Shown here in pieces: positions 26,663 through 35,457 of a DNA stretch of 64,000 bases; position 1 is the stretch's first letter, and the number at the start of each line of letters is the position of its first letter. Source of the stretch: Candidatus Woesearchaeota archaeon (GTDB lineage: Archaea > Nanobdellota > Nanobdellia > Woesearchaeales > JABMPP01). The stretch is taken from the NCBI GenBank assembly GCA_018303405.1, contig JAGVYD010000009.1, positions 195,045-259,044 of the forward strand, given 5' to 3'. Below the pieces are notes generated by a model. That model ran no database searches. It was not told the DNA's origin and worked only from the letters and a program-made list of their open reading frames with translations. The translations under genes were made by a program, and so were the position numbers.

Positions 26663-29425
26663 TCACATCATCTTTTCCATTTTCATTTTCTTGTTTAGCT
26701 CCAGGCCGATTGACATGATCTTGTCATAGTATTTTTTCTTATCTTCCGCGGAAAGCATCTTGTACTTCTGCATCAGCTTCCCATAATGCTCCCTTATTTC
26801 TTCGGTTGGGCTGTTTTGGGCTATCAGTTTTTCAACCTGGTCGATTATCATTTCCATGCTTTCCAGGCCAAGCGCAAAATACTTCATGGCAGTCTCTTCC
26901 ACAGCATGCACAACTGCCTTGGATTCCTTCAACAATGCCAAGACCCTGTTCTTGTCAATTTCTGCAGTGCTGAACTTAAGCTCTTCCATCTCTTTCATGA
27001 ATTTGTTTGCTGTCTCAAATTTCTTGGAGTCCATCTTTTTGAATGACATCTCCTTCCGCAGCTCATCATAGGATGCCTCATACCCTATGCCGAGCAAATC
27101 TGAGACAATCCTTGAAAACAGGCCGTTGAGCATCTCAATTATGCTCTTGCTGTCCAACAGCTGCACTTTCTGCTCCAACACCGCAATCTTGCTGATATAA
27201 TCCTTTTCCAGCTGGGCAAAGTATTCCTGCTTCTTGACCTTCTTTTTCTTGACAGGCATGGCAAAAGGCCTGGCTTCGGTGACAAACTTGTCAATGCGCT
27301 TTCTGTTCATTACATAAATGGCTATTAGCACCAGCACCAGCATCAAGGATATTGCGAAAAAACTGACCCTTCCAGGGCTTCTTGCCTCAAAAAATCCGCA
27401 TGGCTGGCATGGCCCTCCACAGTCTATACCCTCCTCTCCTCCGTTTCTGGTACCGTCCCCGCAATTTGGGCATACAGGGCATTCGCCGCCGCAATCAATC
27501 CCTGTTTCATGCTGGTTCTGGATTTCATCATAACAGGAGGGGCATGCAGCGCATCTTCCTCCGCAGTCCACACCTTCCTCATTCCCATTCCTGAACCCGT
27601 CACGGCAGCTTGCACACCTGTCACACGGCCCGCCACAGTCCACTCCTTCCTCGCCCTGGTTCTGAATGCCATCAAAACAATTTGCGCAGGCAGGGCAAAC
27701 AGGCCCCCCACAGTCCACACCTTCCTCATTTCCATTCTTTATGCGGTCAGTGCAGGTCGGGAAATATGAGCATTCCCTGCTCAATTCCGGCTTTTTGAGG
27801 GTTGTCTTGCATTCTATGTTCATCTCAGTGCACTGCCTTACCTGGATAAATGTCGGCAGGCACGGCCCCCACTCATCACATTTCCATTCTTCGGTGCACG
27901 GCGCTATCAGGGCCGCGCTTCCGCCGCCCCCTCCCCCTCCCCCCGGGACAACTTCAGGGCCAGGCGAATATGCGCCAATTACCTGTATCACTGTCAGCCC
28001 TACAAGATTGCTGGTTGTTTTTGCCGCGAAATTGTCAGTGGCAATGTAATACACACTTTCATTCCCATAGAATGCCGGGTCTGGAGTCAGGGTTATCACA
28101 TGGGTGGTTGGATTTATGCTTATCACTATATTCGCCAAGGCTGTGTATGTGTAAGTCAGGTTATCCCCGTCCGGGTCCATGAAATAATCATCCAGGTCGC
28201 GGCCAGTCAAAATTGTATTTTGGTTCCAGGTTTCATTTGGAAGATAGTTGGCAAGGACCGGCGGCCTGTTTGTTATTGTGGCAAAAGAGGTGTCATTTGC
28301 ATGGCTGCCAGTGATGCTGCAGTTTATCCGATATGTGTAATTTCCCGGCCTGGAAAAATTTCTGCTGTACTCATAGACTTTGGTGGTATCATTATATTCC
28401 ATTGGCCGCCCGGCATCATAAGCGCCAGAGCTGTAAAAGGAAAGATTGCAGTCTGCGCCTGTCAATGGCTGGTTGTTCATATAAGTATAATTGGCATAAA
28501 ATTTGACCTGCTCACCAGAATATCTTACATAATAACGGGTGTCATCATAAACCTGGATTGTATTCTGCTCAGTGACATAATAGCTACCAGACAATTCAAA
28601 TACAAAGAATGTGATGCTTGTGTTCGTAAGGCTCAATGCAATGCAATCAAACATGGAGCAAACCTCGCCATCATGGATTATAGTTGGCGATTCCAGTGTA
28701 AGATTATAGAAAGTTATTCGTGCTCCTGTCATAAGCCCGGGGAGATAAGTAATGTTTATGTTCATGAAATTCCTGCTCAAGTTTGCATATGAGTCGAAAT
28801 CATACCCATCTATGCCAACATCCTCTGTGAAATTTATTGACGCCATGTTCGGCATCCCGAGCCTGAAATCTGCCACATTGTTCCAGCAGTCAAACAATGT
28901 AAGGTTGGTTGTCTCATAATTCCTGAAATTATCCCAGGTTGGCTCAAGGCAAATGCTGAAATTCACATCTTTGCTTGTATTGGCATTGCTGCATGATGAA
29001 TTATCGGCTATTGTGACAATTGTATGGAATTGGCCAAGATCACTGATTGACGGGATGAATGAAATCACACCCAATTCAGTCACATTATACAAACCAGTGC
29101 TATCATAGTATGTTATATTGTGCCCATCATCATCACTTGCGCTTATATTGCAATAGTATGAGCTGCTGACATTCACGTGAGTGGGGCAGGAATTCCCTGT
29201 GTTCGGGGGAGTATTGATGCAGAACCTGACAGAGCCAGTCACTTGGCCCTGGATTGCCGGCGCATTGGAATATTTGGCCGTGCCGGCATAAATTGCATAA
29301 TTTACAGCAATAACACCGATGAACAATGCAATAGCAACCAATGCCACTATATTGTTGGGCATAATTAAATCCAGGCCAGTCTCCATTTTTTTCACTTTCC
29401 GCTTTACAGCCTTCTTATGCCCCAT
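26663..29425 (-). CDS. Type I membrane protein: cadherin-like ectodomain, poly-Gly hinge, five cysteine-rich repeats, TM helix, 214-aa cytoplasmic helical tail
   Basis: 920 aa with signal anchor IVALVAIALFIGVIAV, GGGGGGGGS at aa 495-503, Cys repeats at aa 558-676, TM helix FFAISLMLVLVLIAIYVM, then a KE-rich tail. The start overlaps the stop of the upstream 191-aa gene by 11 nt. Confidence 0.7.
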   Translation of the reverse strand: MGHKKAVKRKVKKMETGLDLIMPNNIVALVAIALFIGVIAVNYAIYAGTAKYSNAPAIQGQVTGSVRFCINTPPNTGNSCPTHVNVSSSYYCNISASDDDGHNITYYDSTGLYNVTELGVISFIPSISDLGQFHTIVTIADNSSCSNANTSKDVNFSICLEPTWDNFRNYETTNLTLFDCWNNVADFRLGMPNMASINFTEDVGIDGYDFDSYANLSRNFMNINITYLPGLMTGARITFYNLTLESPTIIHDGEVCSMFDCIALSLTNTSITFFVFELSGSYYVTEQNTIQVYDDTRYYVRYSGEQVKFYANYTYMNNQPLTGADCNLSFYSSGAYDAGRPMEYNDTTKVYEYSRNFSRPGNYTYRINCSITGSHANDTSFATITNRPPVLANYLPNETWNQNTILTGRDLDDYFMDPDGDNLTYTYTALANIVISINPTTHVITLTPDPAFYGNESVYYIATDNFAAKTTSNLVGLTVIQVIGAYSPGPEVVPGGGGGGGGSAALIAPCTEEWKCDEWGPCLPTFIQVRQCTEMNIECKTTLKKPELSRECSYFPTCTDRIKNGNEEGVDCGGPVCPACANCFDGIQNQGEEGVDCGGPCDRCASCRDGFRNGNEEGVDCGGRCAACPSCYDEIQNQHETGIDCGGECPVCPNCGDGTRNGGEEGIDCGGPCQPCGFFEARSPGRVSFFAISLMLVLVLIAIYVMNRKRIDKFVTEARPFAMPVKKKKVKKQEYFAQLEKDYISKIAVLEQKVQLLDSKSIIEMLNGLFSRIVSDLLGIGYEASYDELRKEMSFKKMDSKKFETANKFMKEMEELKFSTAEIDKNRVLALLKESKAVVHAVEETAMKYFALGLESMEMIIDQVEKLIAQNSPTEEIREHYGKLMQKYKMLSAEDKKKYYDKIMSIGLELNKKMKMEKMM
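27398..27754 (-). repeat. Five tandem cysteine-rich repeats within the CDS, each about 22-26 aa
   Basis: CTDRIKNGNEEGVDCGGPVCPAC / CFDGIQNQGEEGVDCGGPCDRC / CRDGFRNGNEEGVDCGGRCAAC / CYDEIQNQHETGIDCGGECPVC / CGDGTRNGGEEGIDCGGPCQPC. Confidence 0.85.
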
Positions 29426-29990
29426 TTTTTACCCCGCCTTCCGGTTTCTCGAGCTTTTTCACAGCATTGGCCTTTGAAATAAGGACATCCTTTACAGTGA
29501 ATTTAACATCCCAAAATGCAAGAAATTCGGTTATCTTGGCTAAGTGCCTATTTGGCACCAACACGCTGTTTCGCCCTATTGTCTCGCCTGAAATATTTTG
29601 CAGCATGCCTTCTGCTTTTGATTTTCCTCCACGGCCTTTCAATGCATAGCCAAAAATTGTTTTTTTGCTGTGGCCAAGGCTGCTCAAATCATAAGAAACA
29701 ATCGCCTTTTTTTCCAGGCCAAAGATTTCAGACATATCCTTGTTTTGCCTGATGCTAAAGCCATGCATTAATGCATTCAGCTTGGCTGGGTTGCCTAAAT
29801 CATCTTTTTCAAATAAACTGACTTTCCAGCCAGGTGGCAAGGCCAGGAATTTTCGGAGGGCTTTTTCAATGCCTGCAGGAGACCCCTTGCATATTATCAG
29901 CAGCTGCAAGCCACTTTCGAGAATTATAATATCAGAAACATCGCTTCTTGATGCAATAAACCCTGTTAATTCAGACTGCCACAAAACCAT
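29415..29990 (-). CDS. Hypothetical cytoplasmic protein, first gene of the 191aa-920aa-1440aa operon
   Basis: 191 aa with no TM segment and no recognised family. It is translationally coupled to the 920-aa gene through an 11-nt overlap. Confidence 0.45.
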   Translation of the reverse strand: MVLWQSELTGFIASRSDVSDIIILESGLQLLIICKGSPAGIEKALRKFLALPPGWKVSLFEKDDLGNPAKLNALMHGFSIRQNKDMSEIFGLEKKAIVSYDLSSLGHSKKTIFGYALKGRGGKSKAEGMLQNISGETIGRNSVLVPNRHLAKITEFLAFWDVKFTVKDVLISKANAVKKLEKPEGGVKNGA

Positions 29991-30272
29991 ACTTGTTTAT
30001 TATCAACTAAACTACTATATAAACTTTTTTATATTTATTATCAACAATTTCATAATATAATTACTTGTTTGTTGATTATCAACATATATGAATATAATTT
30101 TTTCGAGTATTCAGACATAGTCCCTATCCTCTCCCTGTACTAATACTCTACTCCATATCATACTTTATATTATATAGCTCATATATAATGCGCATAATAC
30201 ATTCATATACAGCTTAGATGCAATATGGCTTATAATAAAGATTGTATTATGCACATGAATCCCAAACTCTGA

Positions 30273-30698
30273 CTATAACAACTTTCTTCGAACATCAATC
30301 AGAACATTGCCAGTATAATTTCCTGGTGAAGCAGAGCTGGGAGCATTGACTGTCAAATTAACATTGGCAATCTCACCTGGCTCAAGCACCACTGGGTTAG
30401 GCTCGGCTATGAAAAATTCCCTGATTTCCCCTTCAGAACTTATCCTTATCTCAATCCTGAAATTCTCAGTATTTTCCAGAGTAATGTACCTGGTTCCTGA
30501 GCCACCAATGGGCATGCGGCCAAAATGCAGCCTGTCCTTATTCAAGTTGAATCCCACTCCATAATCATAGGAAAAAAGAGCGTCTGTGGGAATTTTTTGC
30601 ACTTCTATCCGGATAAACAAGGAATGAACAGCATAAGTGATGGCAGCTGCTGTCAAGGCTACCATGACCATCAAAAGAACTAACTGATTTTTTTTCAT
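30273..30698 (-). CDS. N-terminally anchored single Ig-like (PapD/ASH-like pattern) domain protein
   Basis: The tracked start is GTG and was moved to the ATG (MKKNQLVLLMVMVALTAAAITYAV). LHFGRMPIGGSGTRYITLENTENF...VVLEPGEIANVNLTVNAP...PGNYTGNVLIDV is a beta-sandwich pattern. Confidence 0.5.
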   Translation of the reverse strand: MKKNQLVLLMVMVALTAAAITYAVHSLFIRIEVQKIPTDALFSYDYGVGFNLNKDRLHFGRMPIGGSGTRYITLENTENFRIEIRISSEGEIREFFIAEPNPVVLEPGEIANVNLTVNAPSSASPGNYTGNVLIDVRRKLL

Positions 30699-30823
30699 TT
30701 TGCCCCCGGATTTGTTCAAAGCGAACACTTTTAATTATTCTGCTGTTATCAAGCCAAAAATCCATATCTTCTGCCGATAGTTGTTAACCTCTGGATATTT
30801 GTTAACAGCTGCGGCTTAAATAC

Positions 30824-32038
30824 CTATGCAACCTGTTTGTTTTCAGCCTGCTCCTTCCTGCCCCTGTTTCTCATCAGCCACCAGGCATTCAGGATGGCCA
30901 TTATTATGAAAATGACTATTAAAAGCGTAGTTGTATTCACAGGCGCTGGCTTTTCCTCTGGCTTGGGCACTACTTCCAGTTGGCCAGTTGTTATGCTTGT
31001 GGCATTTGAATAAAGCAATTCTATTTCAATGTCGTGCATGCCAACATCAGTCCCTTTTGTTTCCCAGAATGACCTGATTACTGCACTTCCAAATGGCTTA
31101 ACTGGCGTTACTGGCGTTGTAAAGTGATACTCATATGTGCCTCTTTTAACAGTTACCTCTGCATAAAGGTCTGTTACCGGGTCATTCCAGTTGGATAGAA
31201 CCTCTATCTCAAATTTGTTTATTGAGTCATTATAGGCTGTTTTTGTATAATTGACAACATCAACCCTTAATTCCCCGATTTGGAAGAATCTTTCATAGTA
31301 TTCGGATTTTTCATCATAATCAAAATAAGCCTTGACCATGTATGCGCCAGGCTTTTGCCCTTTAGTGTCCCAAGATGCCTTGAGCTTGACCTTGTCCAAT
31401 GGATTTACATATACAGCCTCGGTGAATTGGACAGAGCCAACCATTTTCCCTGATATGGCATCAAATATCTCCGCATAGCCAGACACTTTTTTAACCATCT
31501 CTGTGCCCCTGCTAATGCCTTCCAAAACAAACCTTGCCGGCTCACCTTCCCTTGCATTGAATGAATCAAAAGTGAAGTCGAAATATTTGCCAGGATAAGG
31601 CACATTCCAGATATGCCGGTGCATGACGCTTACAACAATATTGAAATTGAATCCGCCATTATCGGATTCTTCAGGAATCTCAGTTGCAACTATGTGGGTA
31701 GCTACCCTGCCAGCCTGCTTCATTTCAGCAGGCATATGCGCATAATATGATTGACATACAGTTTCCAAAGGCTGAAGCACAAACCTGGGCTCAAAATCCA
31801 GTGTTATGTAATCCTTTAACGGGCCTTCAACAGTAACCATAATCTCATCAGGAATATTTTTGCTGTTCCTGAAGCAAATGTTGAATTGCCGTGTGATGTT
31901 TGGCGCATATTCAGTTTCGACGTTTACACTGATTCCAAGCGCAGCAGCATCCATGGAAACAATGGCAATGAAGCTTAAGGCCAACACTCCTAAAATGAAA
32001 AGAATGCTCAATTTCCCGGCAGTTTTTCTTGCTGACAT
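30824..32038 (-). CDS. Secreted multi-Ig protein with a C-terminal TM anchor (paralogue of 33960..35171)
   Basis: 404 aa with a signal peptide, a shared VPYPGKY motif, and a C-terminal TTTLLIVIFIIMAILNAWWLMRNRGRK anchor with a basic tail. Confidence 0.55.
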   Translation of the reverse strand: MSARKTAGKLSILFILGVLALSFIAIVSMDAAALGISVNVETEYAPNITRQFNICFRNSKNIPDEIMVTVEGPLKDYITLDFEPRFVLQPLETVCQSYYAHMPAEMKQAGRVATHIVATEIPEESDNGGFNFNIVVSVMHRHIWNVPYPGKYFDFTFDSFNAREGEPARFVLEGISRGTEMVKKVSGYAEIFDAISGKMVGSVQFTEAVYVNPLDKVKLKASWDTKGQKPGAYMVKAYFDYDEKSEYYERFFQIGELRVDVVNYTKTAYNDSINKFEIEVLSNWNDPVTDLYAEVTVKRGTYEYHFTTPVTPVKPFGSAVIRSFWETKGTDVGMHDIEIELLYSNATSITTGQLEVVPKPEEKPAPVNTTTLLIVIFIIMAILNAWWLMRNRGRKEQAENKQVA

Positions 32039-32122
32039 TGTATTGCTGTTTTTTTATTACTGTTGTTTTTGTGCCTGCGTTGACGTCAGTGCTCCTGTTC
32101 CCCGCAACGGCCAAGCCAGCGC

Positions 32123-32842
32123 TTATTCTATCTCTGCTGCGACGAAAGTTAAATATGCAACCCTCTGCATGCCAACACTATAGTCGCCTTCATCAGCAGG
32201 CACAGTCATGTTGATTTCAATAACAAGCGACCTGTCATCAGTTGAATAGGTCAAATTATGACATATGGTATAAATAAAACTTTTGTTTATGGGTGTCCAG
32301 TTCATGAAGCCTGTTGAGTATGAGCTTGATTGCGGAAACAAGGAAAGGCCGTCATTACCGTTTAGTTTGCAGCTGTCCACGCTTGCCCTTGATATATTGC
32401 CTTCAACAACAGCAAACCTGAACTCATCAGTCGCATTGTCGCCCAAAAAGAAAGAATCACCATCAGCTGAAGAGCTTAATGTAATATTGATATAGCTGTT
32501 GCCGGTATTTTCGATCTGAATTCCCCTGCAGTCATAAGGGTGCGAGTATGAGCCAGAGCTTTCGATGCATTCATTAAATGTCCCTGGATTTACCTGCTCT
32601 GTGCTCAGGTCTGTTGCCTGGCTAATCTGGCCAGAGCCAAAATCAATGTCCTCTGCAGGTATGGACAAGGAAACAAGGTTGGTTATCCGAATTGTGACTG
32701 TCCCATATGACAAGCGGCCTGTAATCCATGGAATGACCGGGCTATCCTTGATAATGCCCATATTCAGCACAGTCCCGAATACAGAAAGGGTTACGGTTGC
32801 CGTGAGCAATGCAACTAGCCAGCTATTTGATATTTCTTTCAT
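32123..32842 (-). CDS. Fimbrial-subunit-like secreted beta-sandwich protein (paralogue set C/E/H)
   Basis: 239 aa with a signal anchor, then ITGRLSYGTVTIRITNLVSLSI. Carries the shared motifs IDFG, IENTGNSYINIT, FRFAVV, FMNWT, and a C-terminal strand VAYLTFVAAE. Confidence 0.5.
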   Translation of the reverse strand: MKEISNSWLVALLTATVTLSVFGTVLNMGIIKDSPVIPWITGRLSYGTVTIRITNLVSLSIPAEDIDFGSGQISQATDLSTEQVNPGTFNECIESSGSYSHPYDCRGIQIENTGNSYINITLSSSADGDSFFLGDNATDEFRFAVVEGNISRASVDSCKLNGNDGLSLFPQSSSYSTGFMNWTPINKSFIYTICHNLTYSTDDRSLVIEINMTVPADEGDYSVGMQRVAYLTFVAAEIE

Positions 32843-32860
32843 AAAATGACCCCAGGCACG

Positions 32861-33091
32861 CTACGGTGAGGATGCAGTAGCTTCTTGCGCTGAAGCAGGC
32901 TCAGAAGGAAGAATGTTCAAGCTAACCTGGCCCTGAACAACCGGCACTCTTGTTGATTGGGCATAATCTGCCCTGTCGAGCACAGTCCAGACGCCCAAAA
33001 CAGATACAACAATCGTAATAACTAAAAGGATTACAACAGTTTTTTTTGATACATCCATTGATCCCGCACCCTGAATTGGCATTTCTTCCAT
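32861..33091 (-). CDS. Mini-protein: signal anchor plus one beta-strand motif only
   Basis: 76 aa. KKTVVILLVITIVVSVLGVWTVL is followed by VVQGQVSLNILPSE, the same G-x-V-x-x-x-I strand that opens the neighbouring subunit-like proteins. Confidence 0.4.
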   Translation of the reverse strand: MEEMPIQGAGSMDVSKKTVVILLVITIVVSVLGVWTVLDRADYAQSTRVPVVQGQVSLNILPSEPASAQEATASSP

Positions 33092-33096
33092 ATCCC

Positions 33097-33903
33097 TTAC
33101 ACCTGTGCTGCAGTGAATGTTATTGTAGCTGACCTTGTGCCAGTTGGCTCGTCCAGCGGCAATGTCAAGTTGAATTCAACTGTGATTGTGTCGTTCATGT
33201 TTCCCCAGCTTAGGTTTCCGCAAATAAGCGCAGCTGATGTCGGGATTGTGGTCCAGTTTATGAAGCTGCTATTCAGTGTTGAGCCCTGCGGCTGGATTGA
33301 TACATTGGATCCTACATTATTCCTGCATGATACATTGATTAGATTCCCATCCTGGAAAGTATTGAAGTGATATGATGTGCCCATTATCTGGAATTCAGTC
33401 TCATTCTTGGTCCTGTTTCCGTCCAGCACAGCATACCTGAAAGCGCCGCCGGATGTTCCGGTGTACAGGCCATCAGCATCCACGCTTGAGTACATGGTCA
33501 CATTGATGTTAACGTTGCCGTCATTCTCAACTTCCATGCCTGTGCAGTCCCTGCCAGTATCACCACCTGAAAGCCCACCATTGAGCCCAGTGCAATTGTT
33601 GAAAGTCGCATAATTGTCTGCTGTCTCTGATGAAACTTCAGTGTTTGGGGAAGTTGTCGAGATTGAGCTATTCCCAAAATTAACATTGCTGTTGACTGTC
33701 AAAGAAGACAATGCTGTGATTGTAACCTGGACTGTGCCAGTTGTTGCCATGCCAGTGATCCTGTCATTGAAGAAGCCGAAAAGGCTGCCTGCCACTGCCA
33801 GGCCCATGATAACAACCAGAATAACAACAAGCCTCGTATTTGGAATGCCTGAAATCAATCTTTCATCGTCGATGATTTTCACCTTGCTTACTATGCTGGG
33901 CAT
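33097..33903 (-). CDS. Fimbrial-subunit-like secreted beta-sandwich protein (paralogue set C/E/H)
   Basis: 268 aa with ITGMATTGTVQVTITALSSLTV, VNFG, VENDGNVNINVT, FRYAVL, FINWT and LPLDEPTGTRSATITFTAAQV. Confidence 0.5.
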   Translation of the reverse strand: MPSIVSKVKIIDDERLISGIPNTRLVVILVVIMGLAVAGSLFGFFNDRITGMATTGTVQVTITALSSLTVNSNVNFGNSSISTTSPNTEVSSETADNYATFNNCTGLNGGLSGGDTGRDCTGMEVENDGNVNINVTMYSSVDADGLYTGTSGGAFRYAVLDGNRTKNETEFQIMGTSYHFNTFQDGNLINVSCRNNVGSNVSIQPQGSTLNSSFINWTTIPTSAALICGNLSWGNMNDTITVEFNLTLPLDEPTGTRSATITFTAAQV

Positions 33904-33959
33904 ACCAAGTTACATGCACTATTTAAATTTTTCTATTCAGAAGTGGCACAGAAAGGCAA

Positions 33960-35171
33960 TCAGGCGCCTGGAGGGGCATTCTTCTTTTTCAGGTACATCC
34001 ATGCCCATAGCGCATTTCCTATAACCAAGACCCCGATCAGTATGTATATTGGGCTGAATTTTGAGCTGCCGGACTCCGGCGCAGCAATTGCCAATGCTGT
34101 TATCCCTATTATTTCCGCCCTTATGGCATCCTTTTCCACAATCACCCTTATCTGCTTTTCAGAAGTCTTGCTTCCATACCTCATCACAAGGGTCCCGGCA
34201 TAGTTGCCTTCCAGAATCCCGACAGTCTCCCAATATGCGGGCAATGCTTTCTTCTCCCTTGGCTCAATGCTGTATGGAGTGCTTGAAACATCAGCGACTT
34301 TTCTTCCATCCAAATCAAAAAACTGGATTCTTGCTGACGCGTCATCAATTCTGCTGTTCCCTATATTTTCCAGGAGGACATCAAACTTGGCAATCTCGCC
34401 CAGAGTGAAGCTGTTCACTGATATATCAACCGGCGACAAGAAGAAATCTCCGACAAGGAACTCCTTTTCAGCCATTGTGCTGTTGCCATCATATTCCACT
34501 ACAGCAACTGCCCTGTACTGGCCCGGTCCGGTTTCAACTTCCCAGTCAAGCTGCAATTCAACATTCTGCTTTGAGAAAAGGCTGACAGGGCTTCCAATAA
34601 TCCTCTTGACCTCACTGCCGTCGGGCGCATAGATTATTATCGTAGATGCAACGCTTTCAATTTTTTCAGTCCCGAGGTTTCTCAATGGCAGGTAAAACTT
34701 GACCTTGTCGCCCTGGTCCTTTACCATGAATTCCATCTGGACATATTTCCCAGGATACGGCACCAGGACATGTAGCTGGCTCACAACAGCGACCAATGCG
34801 CTGACAGTTGTTTTCCCTGTTTCTACCCCGCTAACTTCCCTGACAGTGATTTCAGCATCATTCAGCCCCGGAGGCAATGATTGCGGCAGATTATAGGTAT
34901 ATGTGAATTCAAATTCCCTGTCTGATTTTTTCATTTGTATCCTTTCAGCAGAAAGCGTGACGTACTTTGCCAATGGGCCGTTCACAAACACCACGAGATT
35001 GACATCAGCAGCCTCTGAATTGATGACCTTGACTTTCACGGCTTTAATAATCCCCGGCTCAAAATTCACAGTTGTCCTGCCTGGGCTGATGGCGAACGCA
35101 TTGGCTGCGCTTGCCAGGCTAACTAGAAGAACCAAGCATACAATCATCCGAATTATCCATTCCTTTCTCAT
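33960..35171 (-). CDS. Secreted multi-Ig protein with a C-terminal TM anchor (paralogue of 30824..32038)
   Basis: 403 aa with signal peptide ...LASAANAFA, VPYPGKY, and a C-terminal SPIYILIGVLVIGNALWAWMYLKKK anchor. Confidence 0.55.
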   Translation of the reverse strand: MRKEWIIRMIVCLVLLVSLASAANAFAISPGRTTVNFEPGIIKAVKVKVINSEAADVNLVVFVNGPLAKYVTLSAERIQMKKSDREFEFTYTYNLPQSLPPGLNDAEITVREVSGVETGKTTVSALVAVVSQLHVLVPYPGKYVQMEFMVKDQGDKVKFYLPLRNLGTEKIESVASTIIIYAPDGSEVKRIIGSPVSLFSKQNVELQLDWEVETGPGQYRAVAVVEYDGNSTMAEKEFLVGDFFLSPVDISVNSFTLGEIAKFDVLLENIGNSRIDDASARIQFFDLDGRKVADVSSTPYSIEPREKKALPAYWETVGILEGNYAGTLVMRYGSKTSEKQIRVIVEKDAIRAEIIGITALAIAAPESGSSKFSPIYILIGVLVIGNALWAWMYLKKKNAPPGA

Positions 35172-35452
35172 TTTTGCCGTGCCGTGAGCGTCACATTTTC
35201 TTTGTCTATCCAGTCGCTTTCCCCTGCTCCAAGGCTTTTCACGGAAAAGCCCGTGATGCCGCTTCCAATTGCCTTTACAGTGACCTCAATTTCAGTGTCG
35301 CCGGGGTTGCTGAGGCGCCAGGCATCACTCTCCTCTGCAACATCCAGCCCGATTCTGCTTTTCTTTTCGAAGGGGAAGGGGAGGACCAGCAACAGGCCGG
35401 CCAGGGTTAGGCAGACTATCAACAAAGCTGTTGCCGGGATTGTTTTTTTCAT
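35168..35452 (-). CDS. Small N-terminally anchored beta-rich protein
   Basis: 94 aa. MKKTIPATALLIVCLTLAGLLLVL is followed by about 60 beta-prone residues. Its stop overlaps the start of the next gene by 4 nt. Confidence 0.42.
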   Translation of the reverse strand: MKKTIPATALLIVCLTLAGLLLVLPFPFEKKSRIGLDVAEESDAWRLSNPGDTEIEVTVKAIGSGITGFSVKSLGAGESDWIDKENVTLTARQK

Positions 35453-35457
35453 TCCCT

